Positions 18,567 to 58,508 of a stretch of DNA of 64,000 nt are shown here, one piece after another. The DNA comes from Tubulanus polymorphus (Eukaryota; Animalia; Nemertea). Position 1 is the first letter of the stretch, and each line of letters starts with the position of its first letter. The DNA lies in assembly GCF_964204645.1 (NCBI RefSeq), contig NC_134027.1, positions 26,498,560 to 26,562,559 on the forward strand, in the 5' to 3' direction. The position numbers and the translations under genes were made by a program. The notes below the pieces were generated by a model. The model was not told where the DNA came from. It made no database searches and worked only from the letters and a program-made list of their open reading frames with translations.

Positions 18567-19476
18567 ATCTCCTATACTGGAATACTAGATAATAGAAATA
18601 AAGCATTTCTGTGTCCGATGAGAGCGTATTTGAATTGTTATAACTCTTTTTTAACAGGTCGTTTATCCGGGCGCCGCTTAAGGCAGGTTCGGGGGTACGA
18701 GTCACGCAAATACTCCTTACTTCGTAAACTGAGATCTAGCAGTCATTTCTTTCATTTAAAAAACCCTAAAACGGTTCCTAGGTCAATTACTAATGAAATT
18801 GAGAACCTAATTGATTTGGCCCTTTCAGAGAAATTTGATCCCTTTGAAAAATCCTGGAGTCACTCATCGCTTCTTGATACAAATACCATCAAACAACTAT
18901 TGCTCTTAAATATTTGATGTTTTATCCATATTTTGGTCGATTTGCAGCAGAGTCAAAGTCCAAATAGCGAATAAGACAGAAAACGCATTTTAATACTTGC
19001 GAGGAGTTTATTTCAAAAAATCCACAGAACCAGAAAAACTCTACAAGGTATATATATATATATGCATATATATATATTTATAGTTTACATAATTACAGAA
19101 TACAGGCTTTATAACATTCAAGCTAAAAAAAGAACTTTAAAAAGCAAAGTTTAGATAGAAATTGAATTGGATCGCATCAGAATTATTTTCTAAGTGATGC
19201 GAAGTAAATAGAAACCAAAGCTGTGAAGATGACGAAAACAGAAAAACATCATCGAAGTCTTTAGCACGGTACAGGTTTTGTGATATATCAATATACGAAC
19301 AATAAAAATAAGAAATGTAGATCAAAACGAATTCGATATAAGCCAACTTTCATAACATGGAATGATTCACAAAATAATGATTCACTCGACGACAACATTT
19401 CATTCCATTTCATTTAGAGGTAAAAACAGAACAAGCGGGAAAAAGATTATCTCTATTTGAACTTAAACACGCGATC

Positions 19477-19667
19477 TAAGGCTAAATAAAAATGATACCT
19501 TGTTCCTCCTTATCGGCCGGGTCATTTGGTAAAACTCAATAACCTTTCTAATCAGTTCATTTCTATATAACTTCTGTTATGGTTAGCTTGATCGTTAGGC
19601 GCCCAGCCGGGTCAACTTTAAAGCTCGGCAGAAATTAGAAACAGGATATCAATTTTCGTTAGCCTTA
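19477..19667. mobile_element. TAAGGC...GCCTTA MITE family copy
   Basis: Terminal inverted motifs AGGCTAAA..ATGATACC / GATATC..TTAGCCT. Relatives lie at 19869-20093 (inverted), about 44110-44280 and about 57980-58175. Confidence 0.65.
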
Positions 19668-19868
19668 TAAACGAAAGGAAATAAAGAACGACGGACCCGG
19701 TATAACAACATGTCTAGCATACACCTATTAATTGAACCTAGGAAAAAGTTTTCCCGGGGACTATCAAAACATTTACCGAATAAACAGATAAAATCAAACT
19801 ATTATCGATGTCTGGAACGTTTAATTATTGTAATATGAATATACCGACTATGACCCTGTTTGCCTTGT

Positions 19869-20093
19869 TAAGGCCAAAAAAAATTGATACCTTGTTTCTC
19901 CGCTCTGCTGAGCTTAAATGTTGACCCGGCCGGCCGCCTATCTACCCTATACATTACTTTTTTTTAAATCGTGATCAATTTTACCATAACAGACCCGGCC
20001 GCTATAGAAACGAACTGTTAATAAATTTTATCATATTTTACAAAAATGACCCGGCCGCTGCGGAGAAACAAGGTATCATTTTTGTTTAGCCTA
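19869..20093. mobile_element. Same MITE family, opposite orientation
   Basis: TIRs AGGCCAAAAAAAATTGATACCTTGTTTCTCCGC / GCGGAGAAACAAGGTATCATTTTTGTTTAGCCT. Confidence 0.7.
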
Positions 20094-21144
20094 AAGCCTA
20101 CGTAAAACGCTGCACAATCTACTGATATAAAAAGAGCTCGTGAAGATACTACAATCTACTTAATAGAATTCATTACAAATGAAAGGCACATTATATGAAT
20201 ACATAAAACACATTCGATGTCTTTTTTTAATTATTTGTTGTAAAGACTTACGTAGTTTTTTTCGTTTTGATAAGTTATAAAATGGCTGTATCTCCCCAGT
20301 AAAAGGATACCAAATAATCTAAACTATCTTTGCACGAGATTCATTTTCGAAATTGCCTAAAAACACTTTGGCAATACGATGTAATATGGCACGAATTGAA
20401 AAATGGAAGTATTATGAAGTTTAAGCCTTTTATTATCATTATTGGTATGATACGTTTCAATTTGAGGAGATAATCAAAACTGAATGTACCCTAAATACCA
20501 TATGTATAATAAATACTACACAATAATACAATGAACGCATTATGCCCACAATACTTCAAAATTCATAAAGCAACAGCATTAGTTAAACATTATCAACAAC
20601 CATTTCGAGAGACTAAGTGTCCTGTTATTATTACTACACGCTAAAATTACCCTTTTTATTCATTTATTAGATCAGCAGTTTTAAAACAACAGTAACATCT
20701 TTGTGTTATCAATTATCATAATGCTGGACAATAAATTTGGAACCGTCAAGTGAAGTTTTAAAGAGTGGGACCAGTTTTAGTAGATCAGAGTTTGGAAGCT
20801 GTTTACTCTTACGGATTGGTCAGCAGTATATAGTGATAACAAAACTACAGTTTCACGCTTGAATTGGTATCAAAAAGTTCTAATTCTACAGACGATCACA
20901 GACTCAAATACGTTATAAAGGCAGAGCTCAGTTTATAACCATAAACAAGTTACCATAATATTTCGTGGTCAACAATTTCTGATGTACAAACAACAATACG
21001 CAGCCGTATTTGTAAAAGCCTGTTGATAATATATACTACTCACTTTCCAGTTATATCGTTAGAAGGTGTGCTTTGATAGGTTGCGATCAGTTCGATGTTA
21101 TTATCAGCAATCGCTACAATGCTGCTTCACTATACCGTGAGGTG

Positions 21145-21468
21145 CTGCCGCTATGCTCATCGTTAGCGGTATTTCCAAACACTAACATGAACTAACTCTG
21201 GCAATCAAGGCGCTTCTTCGTGAGGTGCTGCGCTTATGTACGTCATTAGCGGAATCTTTCTCATGCATTATTGTGCAGTGTGATTATATACTAGATTATG
21301 AAAAAAGAACAATTAAGTTTTGAATTGAAAAACAGAAGTTGATGCTAACGCTAGTGCATGAAATATCCGCCAACGAATAGCAAGCACCTTGACGGTGTAG
21401 TAAGGCAGGATCCCCAGAGTTGGTTTATATAGTGTAGGAAAATACGTTAGCACGAGGATAGCGGTAGC
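21145..21468. repeat. Imperfect foldback of about 320 bp (old MITE)
   Basis: gctgccgctatgctc...aactctggcaatc pairs with gatccccagagttgg...gatagcggtagc. Confidence 0.55.
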
Positions 21469-23604
21469 TTGAGCCCGCCTAGGCCCAAGAAATCAGGGTG
21501 ACAAAATATGGGCTATTTATAAGCCATTTGAGAAACCCGGTTTCAAAACTTGAAACTAACACAACCAACAATAATCAGTCGTTCAGTTGATACCCTGTCT
21601 GGTGAATAATATTATGTACAATTATTAGCAATTTGATCAAACAAAAATGAGACAGATTCAATCGCCGTGCTTTTAGTTATATATGAATAAACAATCATAC
21701 TACAGAGTATAGGAAGATAAAGTGAATTTAGAATATAGTTGTTGAGCCAAATAAAGTAAAAGTGCCACGGTATTTGTAAAAACAAAAAATAACAGTTGAA
21801 GCAGTGTAGTAATGAAAACTTTTTTCATCTATATACAACATAATCATGTCTATATATAGTATTTGTATTTGATAAAATTCATTTTATACTTTTTTATGTA
21901 TTTGTTATTTATGTTAATAATGTAGGCCTATATACATGATACATATACTAATATATAATACAATACAATCGAATATGAGGCAGTGTTTTTAAGTTCACAT
22001 GATTTCATCATTACAAAAACTCTGATACACTATTATAGATAATACGCAGATAATGATGTTTTTATCATCAATAAACGATAATGATTTTATCACTGATTTC
22101 AATAACATTTTAATGATTCTTATATAAGGGGCTAGTCATAAAATGAGTACGCAAAATTTTTCAACACACCTTCCTGCTCCGTGTGAGCAATTCTAAGCAT
22201 TATATCATGCAGCCATGGATCCACAAGGTGCTTTGAATACTAGAACAGCCCCCCCCCTTAGCAAACGGGTAAATTCTATGTATGAGGTAATCAAAAGCAG
22301 TGCCACAAAATGCATGGAAATGAGACCAATTCTTCAAAATATCCCCAGAGACACAGCTTTACACTGTCACTGCTTGCAGTGATGGTAAGTCCAGTGTCGC
22401 GTGGCCCCCTTTAAAAATCTTGTGGATCCACCCTTGCACTATACATCTTCACCCATCAAGGGATTCGAACCCACTACGCTAAAGCTGTTCCCCGAACCCC
22501 TTGACCTCACAAGTCGTTGGAGTCGTTACTAGCCGACCAGAATCCAGTCGTACCAATCACAGCGCTTGTAACAAACCGACAGTAGACTTCTGTTGGTTTC
22601 CCGTTAAATTGACCAATCAGCGAACGTTTTACCGAACAAGGAAGTTTTTCGCAAATCGATATATGACGTCACGCGCAACAGCCCCAATAATGAAATCACG
22701 CTTCGTGAGGCCAGGGGGCTGGTGGAAGCGAGTTCGGGAGTGATACTGGACCCCTGGCAAGCGAGGATGAGGGAAGAGTGGTCAATTTTTTACCTGAATG
22801 CGTACTTACTTCATGAATGTACCTTACACACATTCAAAACGTTATAAAAAACTGAATTTCCATTTTGATGCAAAAATTATTGAGCTTGAAAAAAAACCAA
22901 CGCACGCCAAGCATTATGCATTAAATATCGTATTCTTGTGTGGAGGGGCGACATCATGAATTCACTGAGTGCTTCAGATCCTACTATTATGCTCATATAG
23001 ATGACTATTATCGGAGACAATAACCTTTGAAACTATGTATGAGAAAAACCCATATTTTAAAATTCAACAATCATTATTTTGAGACAGGCTTACGATGACT
23101 AATCTAATCATATAGAAATGGAGTGTTTTCAGTATTTTCATCTTTCACGTAACATTGAAATATTTGAAAGCACCATTTTACAGTTTTATTTTCATTAAAG
23201 CACCCACTTTCATATAAAATACCAAGCAAGTAATTATAAATAACAGTATAGCGAATAATTGTTCATATGATAATAACAAATGTTGATTAACTGCGATCAA
23301 TTGACGATCGCCTCGAATCTAGTTTATAAACTCTGAAGTACCTTCAAACTTATCGCCTTACTGCAGACAAGTATGAACTACAGGTGAAATATATTACCGA
23401 ACCACTTCAGGTTTACTGTTTGTTGTTATTGTATGGCACATGATTTTGATACGGAGACAATATCAATGGCACTATTTGTACAGGTCTAGCTCATACTCTG
23501 GGGGACAGGCTTGAGTTGGCTGGCACGTCTACACGCTAGCAACAGTCGGCGTAAATTGAGATCGTGATGATGCGGAGAAAACAGCAGAGACTGTTAGTTC
23601 CTGC

Positions 23605-48549
<24,945 letters not shown>

Positions 48550-48552
<3 letters not shown>

Positions 48553-48644
48553 AAAAGGAAATAAATTTAACTTCAAGAACAAATTGATGATCGGTGGTCT
48601 TCAAAGCTTTGTATTATAAATTGTCATGACAAATTCTGAATTTT
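48550..48644 (-). other. Putative upstream exon of the nuclear receptor, ending in the start ATG and containing a uORF
   Basis: Strong acceptor ttttttattttgcag and donor ATG|GTGAGT. It joins in phase 0 to GTG GAT GAA at 35202. The uORF MTIYNTKL* lies at 48627-48601. Confidence 0.5.
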
Positions 48645-49912
48645 CTGCAAAATAAAAAAATATAATCGTCACAAATTAGTTTTGAAGGCATTTATTTCAT
48701 AAACTGTATGAAACAGTGTGGGAATTAATTAACTGCGTAGCCAATCATAAGCCCAGGTGCAACTGATATACATTTGGATCATATGACCAGTGATATCGCA
48801 ATACAGCCAATCAGAAAACGAGTGGGATATAATCCGATGAAGACTTGTTTAAACTGCGCGAGGAGATGTGAACAGGTGGCGCTTAAGTGGTCATAGATAC
48901 TAGCCAGTGTTAGATATAAAAACAATTGAGATGTGACTTTGAAAATACAGTGAACACGATCTGCAAATAAATGATATGTTTTATTAAATAATTTTTTGGA
49001 TTTTGTTTTACAAATTTTTATTGAAATGTCATTAAAATTGTGCAGATACAGAGTAAATTTATCAGTATGCGATTTATAGGATGTAAACAGCATTCGAATA
49101 TATAAAAAATCCATTTGAAGCCAGACTTCGAACATCACTCGGTCATTGACTGCGATCAATGAACGTCAGATGACTTTCAGACGACATCAATTCACTCTTA
49201 TCAATATTCATAATAGACAAGAATGATAAGAGAATTGTCTTCACGATAGATCAGTACTTTCCCAAACTCTATATAACCCTATAAAGTAACCGATTGGCCT
49301 GGAGACTTTAAACTATCAGTTCAAAAATTCAAAATATGAAAAATGTTTTCAGGCTTGGAATGTAAAAACTTTAATAACTTAGACTTTTTTTAGATTGACT
49401 GGAATATGATGATGATGAAGTTATGTGGTCACAGCTTCTTGGAGCGGAATTTGATACGTCAAATTTTTAAGAAGCGAGCAATTCCGAGATGTATTGTCAG
49501 GTATTTGATAGCCTTACGACAAACTACAGGTTCCTAGCACCGAGCGGTTATTGCAAGGACTAATTGGAACTCAACAAAATGTAACGGAGGTGGACGTACC
49601 ATACGCACCCTGCATACCCCCACGCAACAGGTCTGAGTTAATAATCATCGTGACTGCCGCTGCCGCTGCTGTTGTTGTCTAGTTAAGTGTCATGTCAAGT
49701 CTAAAGACGTGATTATATGAATGAAACGACTACGACGGTGAAATCGTCAATCAATCAGGCAGCACTTTAACCAGCTGGGAGAGAGAGTCCATTCGGTGCA
49801 TTTCAATTGAGATTTTGTTGCAATCGTTCAAGAGCAGCTCCACCGCAATAGCCCTACAAGATGGCCATTGTGGCTTCATTAAAATCTACTTTGTCACCAC
49901 TCCAGATACTGC

Positions 49913-50095
49913 TGTTTAATCAGCAATACTAATGCACCCTAGTGGTACGAAGAAGAACTAAAGAGGGTGGACAGTGCTATCAAAACTCCCCCTGGTGCCA
50001 ACTACAGACACTAGTGTTTAATCAGCAATACTAACGCACCCTAGTGGTACGAAGAAGAACTAAAGAGGGTGGACCATGCTATAAAAACTCCCCCC
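49913..50095. repeat. 102-bp tandem duplication
   Basis: tgtttaatcagcaatactaa...aaaactccccc occurs twice, at 49913 and 50015. Confidence 0.85.
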
Positions 50096-52516
50096 AGGGT
50101 ACCAGCTGTTTATATCAAAATCCTAAGGAGTAATAAGTTAAGAATAAACAGGATAACTAACTTGAAAAATCATTCACACCTTGAAATATCAAAGCATAAA
50201 TTTTTGTTTAGATTTGGATATATCAAGAAATTTATCTAATTACAAAATAATCCTAAAATTCACAATTGTTATTTTCAAATGGCAATATTGATGACATAGT
50301 GCACATCAACCCACACAGAACACCTTGAATAACACATAGTTATCACAGAAATATTATTGTAGTCACCAGTTTTTTCAGCATCAAAAAATAAACAGAATTT
50401 AGATGAATTTCATTCTAATATTTTCCCATTTCTTATAAAAACAGGCAAAGCAATGATGTAATAAATGATAATGCGTAAGCAACACTACTTGAAGTAAACT
50501 AAACCTAAAAATAAACAAATACTGAATACATCATCGAGAAGATCATGAGGGATGGTGTCGATTCATATTCACAGATGTCGCTAGTGCATGCAACATTAGC
50601 ACAGCTATGTTCATCGTGACGATACCCGGAATAACACGAGAAACTGGTTTTTTCATAGACGACCAATTGTTGTAAATAGAAGAAAATCCACAATTTCTAA
50701 AGAATTGCTAGTAAGTAATTCTCGAGATAAAAATGGCTAATTGAATTGAGTCGATTCATCAATACTTGCAGAGTTTTCCTTTCCGACAGATTTCTCTTCA
50801 ATTAAACAAAATCAGAAATCTTCCAAAAATAGACCGAATTCGAAGTTTTATTCAGGGAGAGTAACAGGATATTCACTGATTTATTCAATGAATTCAAACG
50901 GAGTTATTCCGAGCCGAGAACGATCGAGTATCTCGTTTCGTTCGGATTTCAATCGTTTTTTTTTTTCTCCCAGCTATTATTCAACCGCGAATACGTTTAT
51001 AAATATAGTTTCAAATCTTCGAATATTCAGCGAAATTCAGTCCAGATGATATCGAACGAACGGCGAGGGAAAAAAGCGCGTGGCAGAAAGTTGAGACTCG
51101 TAGCAAAAAAAAAACTACACTAAGTTTGGTAACATTGTAATTTTGTTGTTGTTTTTAGGTTAGGTAAACGAGAGAGTGGGGTTAATGGAGAGCAGACACA
51201 GCATTTCTCAATAATAAAATGCCTCGGTATGAAAACAAATTCATTGTATCTTAGCTTGTAATAACATATTAACAATACCCACAGTGTAGTTACACTTCTT
51301 ATGATAAAACAGTCATTAAATCTTCAGGAGAGGAAGAGAGAGAGGGAGGGGGGGCAGTGCGGAGAGGGTCAACTGGGATTTAAAAACTATATGAAAATAA
51401 CTCATAAACTCTGTTGGATTGAATATGTACGAGCAATTATGCTGAGATAATTGCTCGTAGATTGAATGAATGTGAGAAGAGATTATCTGTCTATAAACTA
51501 GCATCTCAAGGAGACAGGGGTGAATTCGAGGACTAATTTTGTAGGTCTTGACACGTTTAATTTTTTACACACTTTTAAAAGGCATATTTGGAGGCTTATT
51601 AGAAGGGGTTAGGAAAACTTTACCTAATCCTGTAGTAATTACGCAACAGAAGTTTATAAGATTCGATAGAATAAGGCTGAAAAAAGTTATCAAGTTATCA
51701 TTCAGAAACGGGTAACCAAATACATTTGAAGGTCTTGTACAAGATCCACAAGACTCCCTCGATTTGCCGATTGTCATGTCCTTATTAATAGCATTACATT
51801 ATCAAATATGACCTGAGAGATGCGAGACAATATCCCTGATATGACATACGACACACGAGTGATTAGATAGATAGAACTCATAGCCCCGAGACACCGTTAG
51901 TTAATGGCATACATGTATTCTTTACGATAATCATCATCCGGGCAACGACTTCGTACAAGATTTTTTACGTCAACGTTTACTTAGATTCTACTAAACGAAT
52001 AATTTTCAACTTAATTAAAACTAATAACGGGCGGTGCACGATGAATTCCGACTTTCCCATATCATTTTTCAGGCGCGGAAATGTTCGACTTGTAAACAGA
52101 CAAGCATCGAGCAAGCGTTAATTAAAACAACACATGAACGAAGAATGCATAAAAATAACCTAACAAAAACTTGAAAAATCATCACCGCAATGAACATCAC
52201 GATAATGTCAATAAGAAACAAATCTTAAAACAATATTTATGAAAGGGGTTATAATAGAGATTTACACAGTAACCGAGTGCCATTCTATATCTGAGAACAA
52301 ATCATATCCCCGAGTGTTTTACGAGCCACGCTTCAGTCGACTTATATTAGTCCTAATAAATATTGAATCATTAGATAATACTTAACTATAGTAAAATACA
52401 GTTATTCTTTAACCACAGAACTTTTTAATACATTGCTAATTGTAATTTCAATGAGAGTTTTTTAGAATGCATCACTATTGATGCTTGTAGACTATTACTA
52501 TATGTGTTATGTACCT

Positions 52517-52960
52517 GAACTCTGATCTCCTGTGCCCGTGGACACCATGAGGGTCGTCCCTGGAGAACTCTGATCTCCTGTGCACCCCGTGGACACCATG
52601 AGGGTTGTCCCTGGAGAACTCTGATCTCCTGTGCCCGTGGACACCATGAGGGTCGTCCCTGCAGAACTCTGATCTCCTGTGCCCGTGGACACCATGAGGG
52701 CCGTCCCCTAGAGAACTCTGATCTCCTGTGCCCGTGGACACCATGAGGGTCGTCCCTGGAGAACTCTGATCTCCTGTGCCCCCTGTGGACAACATGAGGG
52801 TCGTCCCTGGAGAACTCTGATCTCCTGTGCCCCCCGTGAACAACATGAGGGTCCTCCCTAGAGAACTCTGATCTCCTGTTCCCGTGAACAACATGAGGGT
52901 CGTCCTTGGAGAACTCTGATCTCCTGTGCCCATGGACACCATGAGGGTTATCCCCTGTGC
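52517..52960. repeat. 48/51-bp minisatellite (GAACTCTGATCTCCTGTGCCCGTGGACACCATGAGGGTCGTCCCTGGA), about 9 copies
   Basis: Contiguous tandem units. Confidence 0.92.
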
Positions 52961-55617
52961 CCGTAGGCCAATGAGCTACAATGTTTAATAGGCCCGCTGT
53001 AAGGGAACGACTAACTAGTGATAGTTGGAACATGAACACAGTAAATACATGACCCTGGAATAAGAGGAGAGGAGTTGAATGTCATACTGTCATAATCGAT
53101 AAAAAACAACACTTGAAAAGTGAAACTCTCTATCAACGGATTGTTATAAACTCTAATTGACTCAACGATGTAAAGACCATCTGATACCAAACGTTCACAG
53201 CGCACATGAAGAAACATGAAAAAAATGACTGCCATTTCAGAAGGATATCATATTCAATATTCAGAGAAAGAAAACTAGCTTGAAAGCGCCTTGAAAAATA
53301 ATGTCTCATCATTTAAAAGACAGATGAAAATTTTCAAATTAATTTAAAGAAATAAGAGTTTTGAAATACATTCAATTACAAAAAAATACCAATTTTCACA
53401 ATCTAATTTGTTATTTTGAAACGCCAATATTGATGACATAGTGCACATCGACTCACACAGAACCCCTTAATCAACGTTTAGTAGCTATCAATGTATAAAA
53501 CAATTTAACGACGTCAAAAATAAAATCATTCCGTAATTTTTGACGCAAAAGATACCTCTCAATTCGAGCAAACCCTGATGAAACATCGTCGAAACTACGT
53601 ATGACTAATCATCTTTGTTTTTTTTTCTCAACGATGAACGAACGCCTAAAAGCATTCTTCATTTTGAAAAATGTTTACATGACCCGTATTTTGTATTGCG
53701 TATTGTCGATGTAAATTAGTAATCTGCCAATTTGATGTCATCTATTTATAATACAATCAGCTTCTGTAGCGCACTGACTGAAAATACGCACGTACAAATA
53801 TATACCGCATACATTTTACCAAATTATGACGAAACCCGTCTCATGAAACATGCGTAATAAGCTACTTTATTGAACCTGTTGTTGCCAAAATGTAATATTC
53901 TATACACCATATTACATAGTTTACTGTAAATCATCTTAAATCTGGAATATCGTTATGAAATCACGTTTCGTATCTGACGCATAGTACACGCCGATAATAC
54001 TCTTTAGAGTAGCCGTTTTTCGACATGTGTTTCGCATATAATCTTTACCAGTATTTCATCATGGTTTTCATTGAAAGGTGTTATGATAATACCATTGTAA
54101 TGTTTTTTTAAACTTCTCATGGCCTGATAATGACAACGCATAATAGTAGTTGAAGCGCATTCGCGGCGTGTTTCGCTCGTATTGTAACCTGTACCCGTTA
54201 TAATTCGATCCAGGAACGCGCGAAGCACGAAATATCTCCGAAATGTGATCGAATTAGTCGATACTTTCGAGAGTCGATCCTAACGAGGATTATTTTACGT
54301 TCTACGCTTCGCGCCGCGCGTAAAACAAAGACAATTGACCCGAGTACGAGAGAGCGAAAGTATCCACTTTTAGTGAAGCACGATACACGACATCGCAAAA
54401 TTACCGAACAAACATATTTTACAAACTGATTATTCGATCCTTGACACGAAATTATACCGACGAATGTCATCGGATATAACTAGTTAATTATTGAAAATCA
54501 TACCGTCATTCGGTGCACTCCCGCCGTTCACGTCAACGTGTTGCATTCTATCAATCAGTATTAGTATCGGAGGATATTTCACTTATAGTAATAAATAAGA
54601 TGACAGATAATACATGATTTCCGCGATTTATGACGCGAGAGTATAAACAAAAAAGTATCAAACTCACTGTATCGTTCTGTGGCTGTAAAAATCTCAATGC
54701 GTTACTTTTCAACTGAAATAGAGAAAAGAATCGTTTGAATTCAGAGACAGACGTTATTTCTCGCGCAGTCGTCGCCAATAAATGAGCTACAGATATCAGA
54801 ATAAAACCTCGGTGACGGATTAACACCCGGTAATCATCGAAATTATAATTCGAATTAGAACTAAATGATGTAACAGTTGTCGATAAGAGGATCGCGACCA
54901 TTAGACTAATGAAACGAGTTAGAATATTCAAATACGAACGAAGTTGACGATTTTATAGCAAAAATCATCGAAATGACGCGATATTCATCTTCGACAAACC
55001 GGCGAAATATCCTTAAAACTCGTCTAAAATCGAGAAGATTTTAGTCGAGTTTTTCTACTGCAAAGTTTAAGTGGCTATTGACTGATAACTCAATTACAGT
55101 TTACTCTTCAAAGTTTCTCGAAGATTCGCGGGAGACTGGAAGAAAGATAATGTAAAATCTCACACCGAGAACACGAGTCCAAAATGCTTCCTCCGGTTAA
55201 CAGTTCGTTGCTATCCGTCATCTTCAGGGATACTGAACTTTTTATTCTTTATCGCGCGATTATATATTAATCATTACAAATACATCATTACATTGAAATA
55301 GAACCTATTTTTCGTCGATTATTGTGACGACGTATTAAAATAGATAATGAACGAATTGTGAAACGATGCCGCAATCTGTTCATCGTTCATACAATAAACC
55401 GGTTTCATTCGATATTCTAAAAAGAGCGATCAACCTAATGATATTATATTTATGTCTGTTAGATTCGAGGACACACCTGATCGTAATTACCCGCACTAAC
55501 ATCACGCGACAATACGTTATACTTTTTAATCGCCCCAAACTTTTTCAAATTCGATGAATAGAATCGAAACCTGTTGCCCCTTATATATACAACTGTGATT
55601 CAAATTGTTTTCAGACG

Positions 55618-55621
55618 ATGC

Positions 55622-55653
<32 letters not shown>
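55618..55653. repeat. (CTG)n microsatellite
   Basis: Direct inspection. Confidence 0.85.
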
Positions 55654-56447
55654 TTTTCTAATGCTCAATCCTCTAGTGACACATGTTTAGATCTGCATGT
55701 CAACATCCACAGTAGCATGAAACAATGAGTATTAATTCAGTTTTCCTCACATTTCAAGAAGAATACTGAGATCGGAAGAAGAGCAAAATTTATAATGATT
55801 GGTGGACTGATACTAAACTCATTATTTCAGAGTTAATGAGCAAAACCCAAAGTTCATGATAAAACAGTTTATTCTGACAGTTTTGAAGTTTCGACTAAAC
55901 TTCCAGAAACAACAGAGAAACCAAAATAACTTATTAAATCATGTAAACTTATCAAAATGAGTTATTTTTGTTTCTTCGATGACAAAGTTTAGCCAAAACT
56001 TCGAACCTGTCAGAAAATGAATGGTTAAATCATCAACTGTGGGTTTTGCACACTGAATCATCACATCAAATATACCCCCACAACGACAGCGACTAGTCCA
56101 AACTAGATTTGTATAAACTCTATATATGTCTGTCGATGATAGGTTTAACACAGAATTCTATACTTTAGACACAGCTGAAGACTCGAGGACATCGAATGTT
56201 CACTGAAATCTGATAAGTATAGAATGTACGTACCATAGATGTTGTTGTGTCATCATGTTGATCATTATATCACAGTCTCACAACCAGCCTTCAAATAATG
56301 AAAACATTTTCGATCATTAAAATTGGATAAATTCACTGAAAACAGTTGCGTAACATGCGTTAAACCAGACCACGGTTATGTTCCACAATAAACTGTCGTT
56401 TTCTAACGGGTAAAAACAATTTGTTGACACGAATGTAATATGATATC

Positions 56448-56695
56448 ATCCCCTCAACAGGGGAGGATTTGTATCCTCACATCAGGGGAGGGAGGGGAGG
56501 ATTTGTATCCTCACATCAGGGAAGGATTTATATCCCCTCAACAGGGGAGGATTTGTATCCTCACATCAGGGGAGGATTTATATCCCCTCAACAGGGGAGG
56601 ATTTGTATCCCCTCAACAGGGGAGGATTTATCATCCCCTCAACAGGGGAGGATTTGTATCCTCACATCAGGGAAGGATTTATACCGCCTCATCAG
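56448..56695. repeat. Minisatellite of about 25 bp (ATCCCCTCAACAGGGGAGGATTTGT and ATCCTCACATCAGGGG variants), about 9 copies
   Basis: Tandem units, each with an internal CCCCT/AGGGG hairpin. Confidence 0.9.
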
Positions 56696-58508
56696 GTGAA
56701 ATAAAAGTGCATCAAATTCTGAATGAAACTTCAGATTTATGTACAACAAGAGTTATCAAATTACAAGTGCTTAATTCAAAGCTTATAATAAACTGTATTT
56801 GAGTTCACGTACAAACCAATTATTTGAATACGTTTATGAGTTAAAATAATGCTTCAATGTTTCAACCGAATTGAGTCGAGTTTTATCTCAAAAACTGTGG
56901 AACTGGATCCTGTTATCGCGAATAGTAGTAGGCCTAATTCGAGTTGGATATGAAAAACTGGTTAATGGAATTAACTGAATTGATAATAAGATCATTGGTT
57001 CTCATGTGCAGTTCATCATCAAACAATGCTTTATATAAGAGATACAATCAGTAAATTCCATCCTCTGAGACATGACGCTAATCTCGCGTTGAAAAAAAAC
57101 ACACAAAAACGTTAGCTAAAAAGTAGGCCAAGGAGATGAATTCACTTTCTTAGAAGAAGATGTAATAGTGCCGCAATTTCACCAGCATCCATATGACAAG
57201 CATCGAAACAAGGAAATTGCAGCAATCTGTTGATGCGGATTCCCCAGAGGCGGTCTTCAAATAGAAATCGGTGAATATCAAACAATAAAAAAAAAACATT
57301 CTTTCAGACATATTCACATTTGTGAGTTAGAGAATGCAGTAGACTGCGTTTACCCGGGAGTCCATTGCCTCGGATTACAACATGCCCCAGATAATGTATT
57401 ACAAATTTTCTAACTACAATGCATCGTGATAAAGACCCATCCCTGTTCCGACTGCCGCCCTGGAATTTGCGAACCTCAGAGAGAATCTATTGGTCCTATA
57501 GTGAGCCGAGCAGAGTATACTGTATTCTGGAACAGCTAGAATCCGTCACGCTGCACGACCAACAAATTATTGTTAACGTGACTATCATCTTACGGTATGA
57601 GTTAAAGTGAACATTCAATAAGTTCATTTAACTAAAAAACTTTTTTTTTTCATTTCAGTTGTTTTAACCTTATCCACAACAGCGCTTACTGAATCTGTGT
57701 TTTGCTTTGTTACTGCGAGATAACAATAAGGGACATGCTCGAACATATCATACTTTAAAAACTATAGCAAAAGTATAGAATACAATATTTAGCAATTGAC
57801 CTTATTCAAATATTGACCTGTTGTATCATGGGTGGTCTGTATAAAAAATAGTTGGTAGACGTATTCTATTAGGAGAGGCCTGAGCTACAGTTGACCACAG
57901 AAATGTCAATGATTCATAGAACGTATGCAACTAAATATCTTCATTGAATATTGATTTGAAAGCAAACTAATGCATCGGTTATAACAAAAAAAGATGATAT
58001 CTAGTTTCTCCTAATCGCGCGGGTCATTTTTGTAAACTGCCATGAAATTTGTAATCAGTTCATTTCTAAAGCTGCCAGGTCTGTTATAGCTTGATCATGA
58101 TTTTGTACAGGGTAGATAGGCAGCCTTTTATGCTCAGCAAAAATGAGAAAAAAGGTATCAATTTCTTCAGCCTTATAGAAAAAAGCATGTATGACTGTTG
58201 TGTCTATTGATACTGTCAATGACTAGGGATATAAGAACTCATACGTCGAGATCATTGATGAAATTAATTGAAGATTTCTTCATGAAAATCATTACTTTCA
58301 TGGCTATAAAATCATTAATTTTAACATATTGCAGGAGATACTAAGAGCGATGAGAAGAGTGATGCGAGCTCGTGAAGTACGTGGACAATCGATGTATTTT
58401 GCCAATATTTACCACGCTATGACAGCATCTTCAGCCGTGTTTCGCTGAATCACTCAATTCAGTTTACAAAGTTCATTTTCCTGGTAATGAATTAAAGGAT
58501 CTTATCGA

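Noticed and set aside
52425-53039. His/Arg-rich repeat ORFs
   Set aside because: Several frames are open only because the unit is 48/51 bp; the frame shifts inside the array and there is no gene structure.
53573-53600. CTGATGA...GAAA hammerhead-like motif
   Set aside because: No convincing stem II or stem I pairing.
48779-55560. Assorted 60-126 aa ORFs in the AT-rich upstream region
   Set aside because: No recognisable motifs or consistent exon chains; composition matches non-coding DNA.
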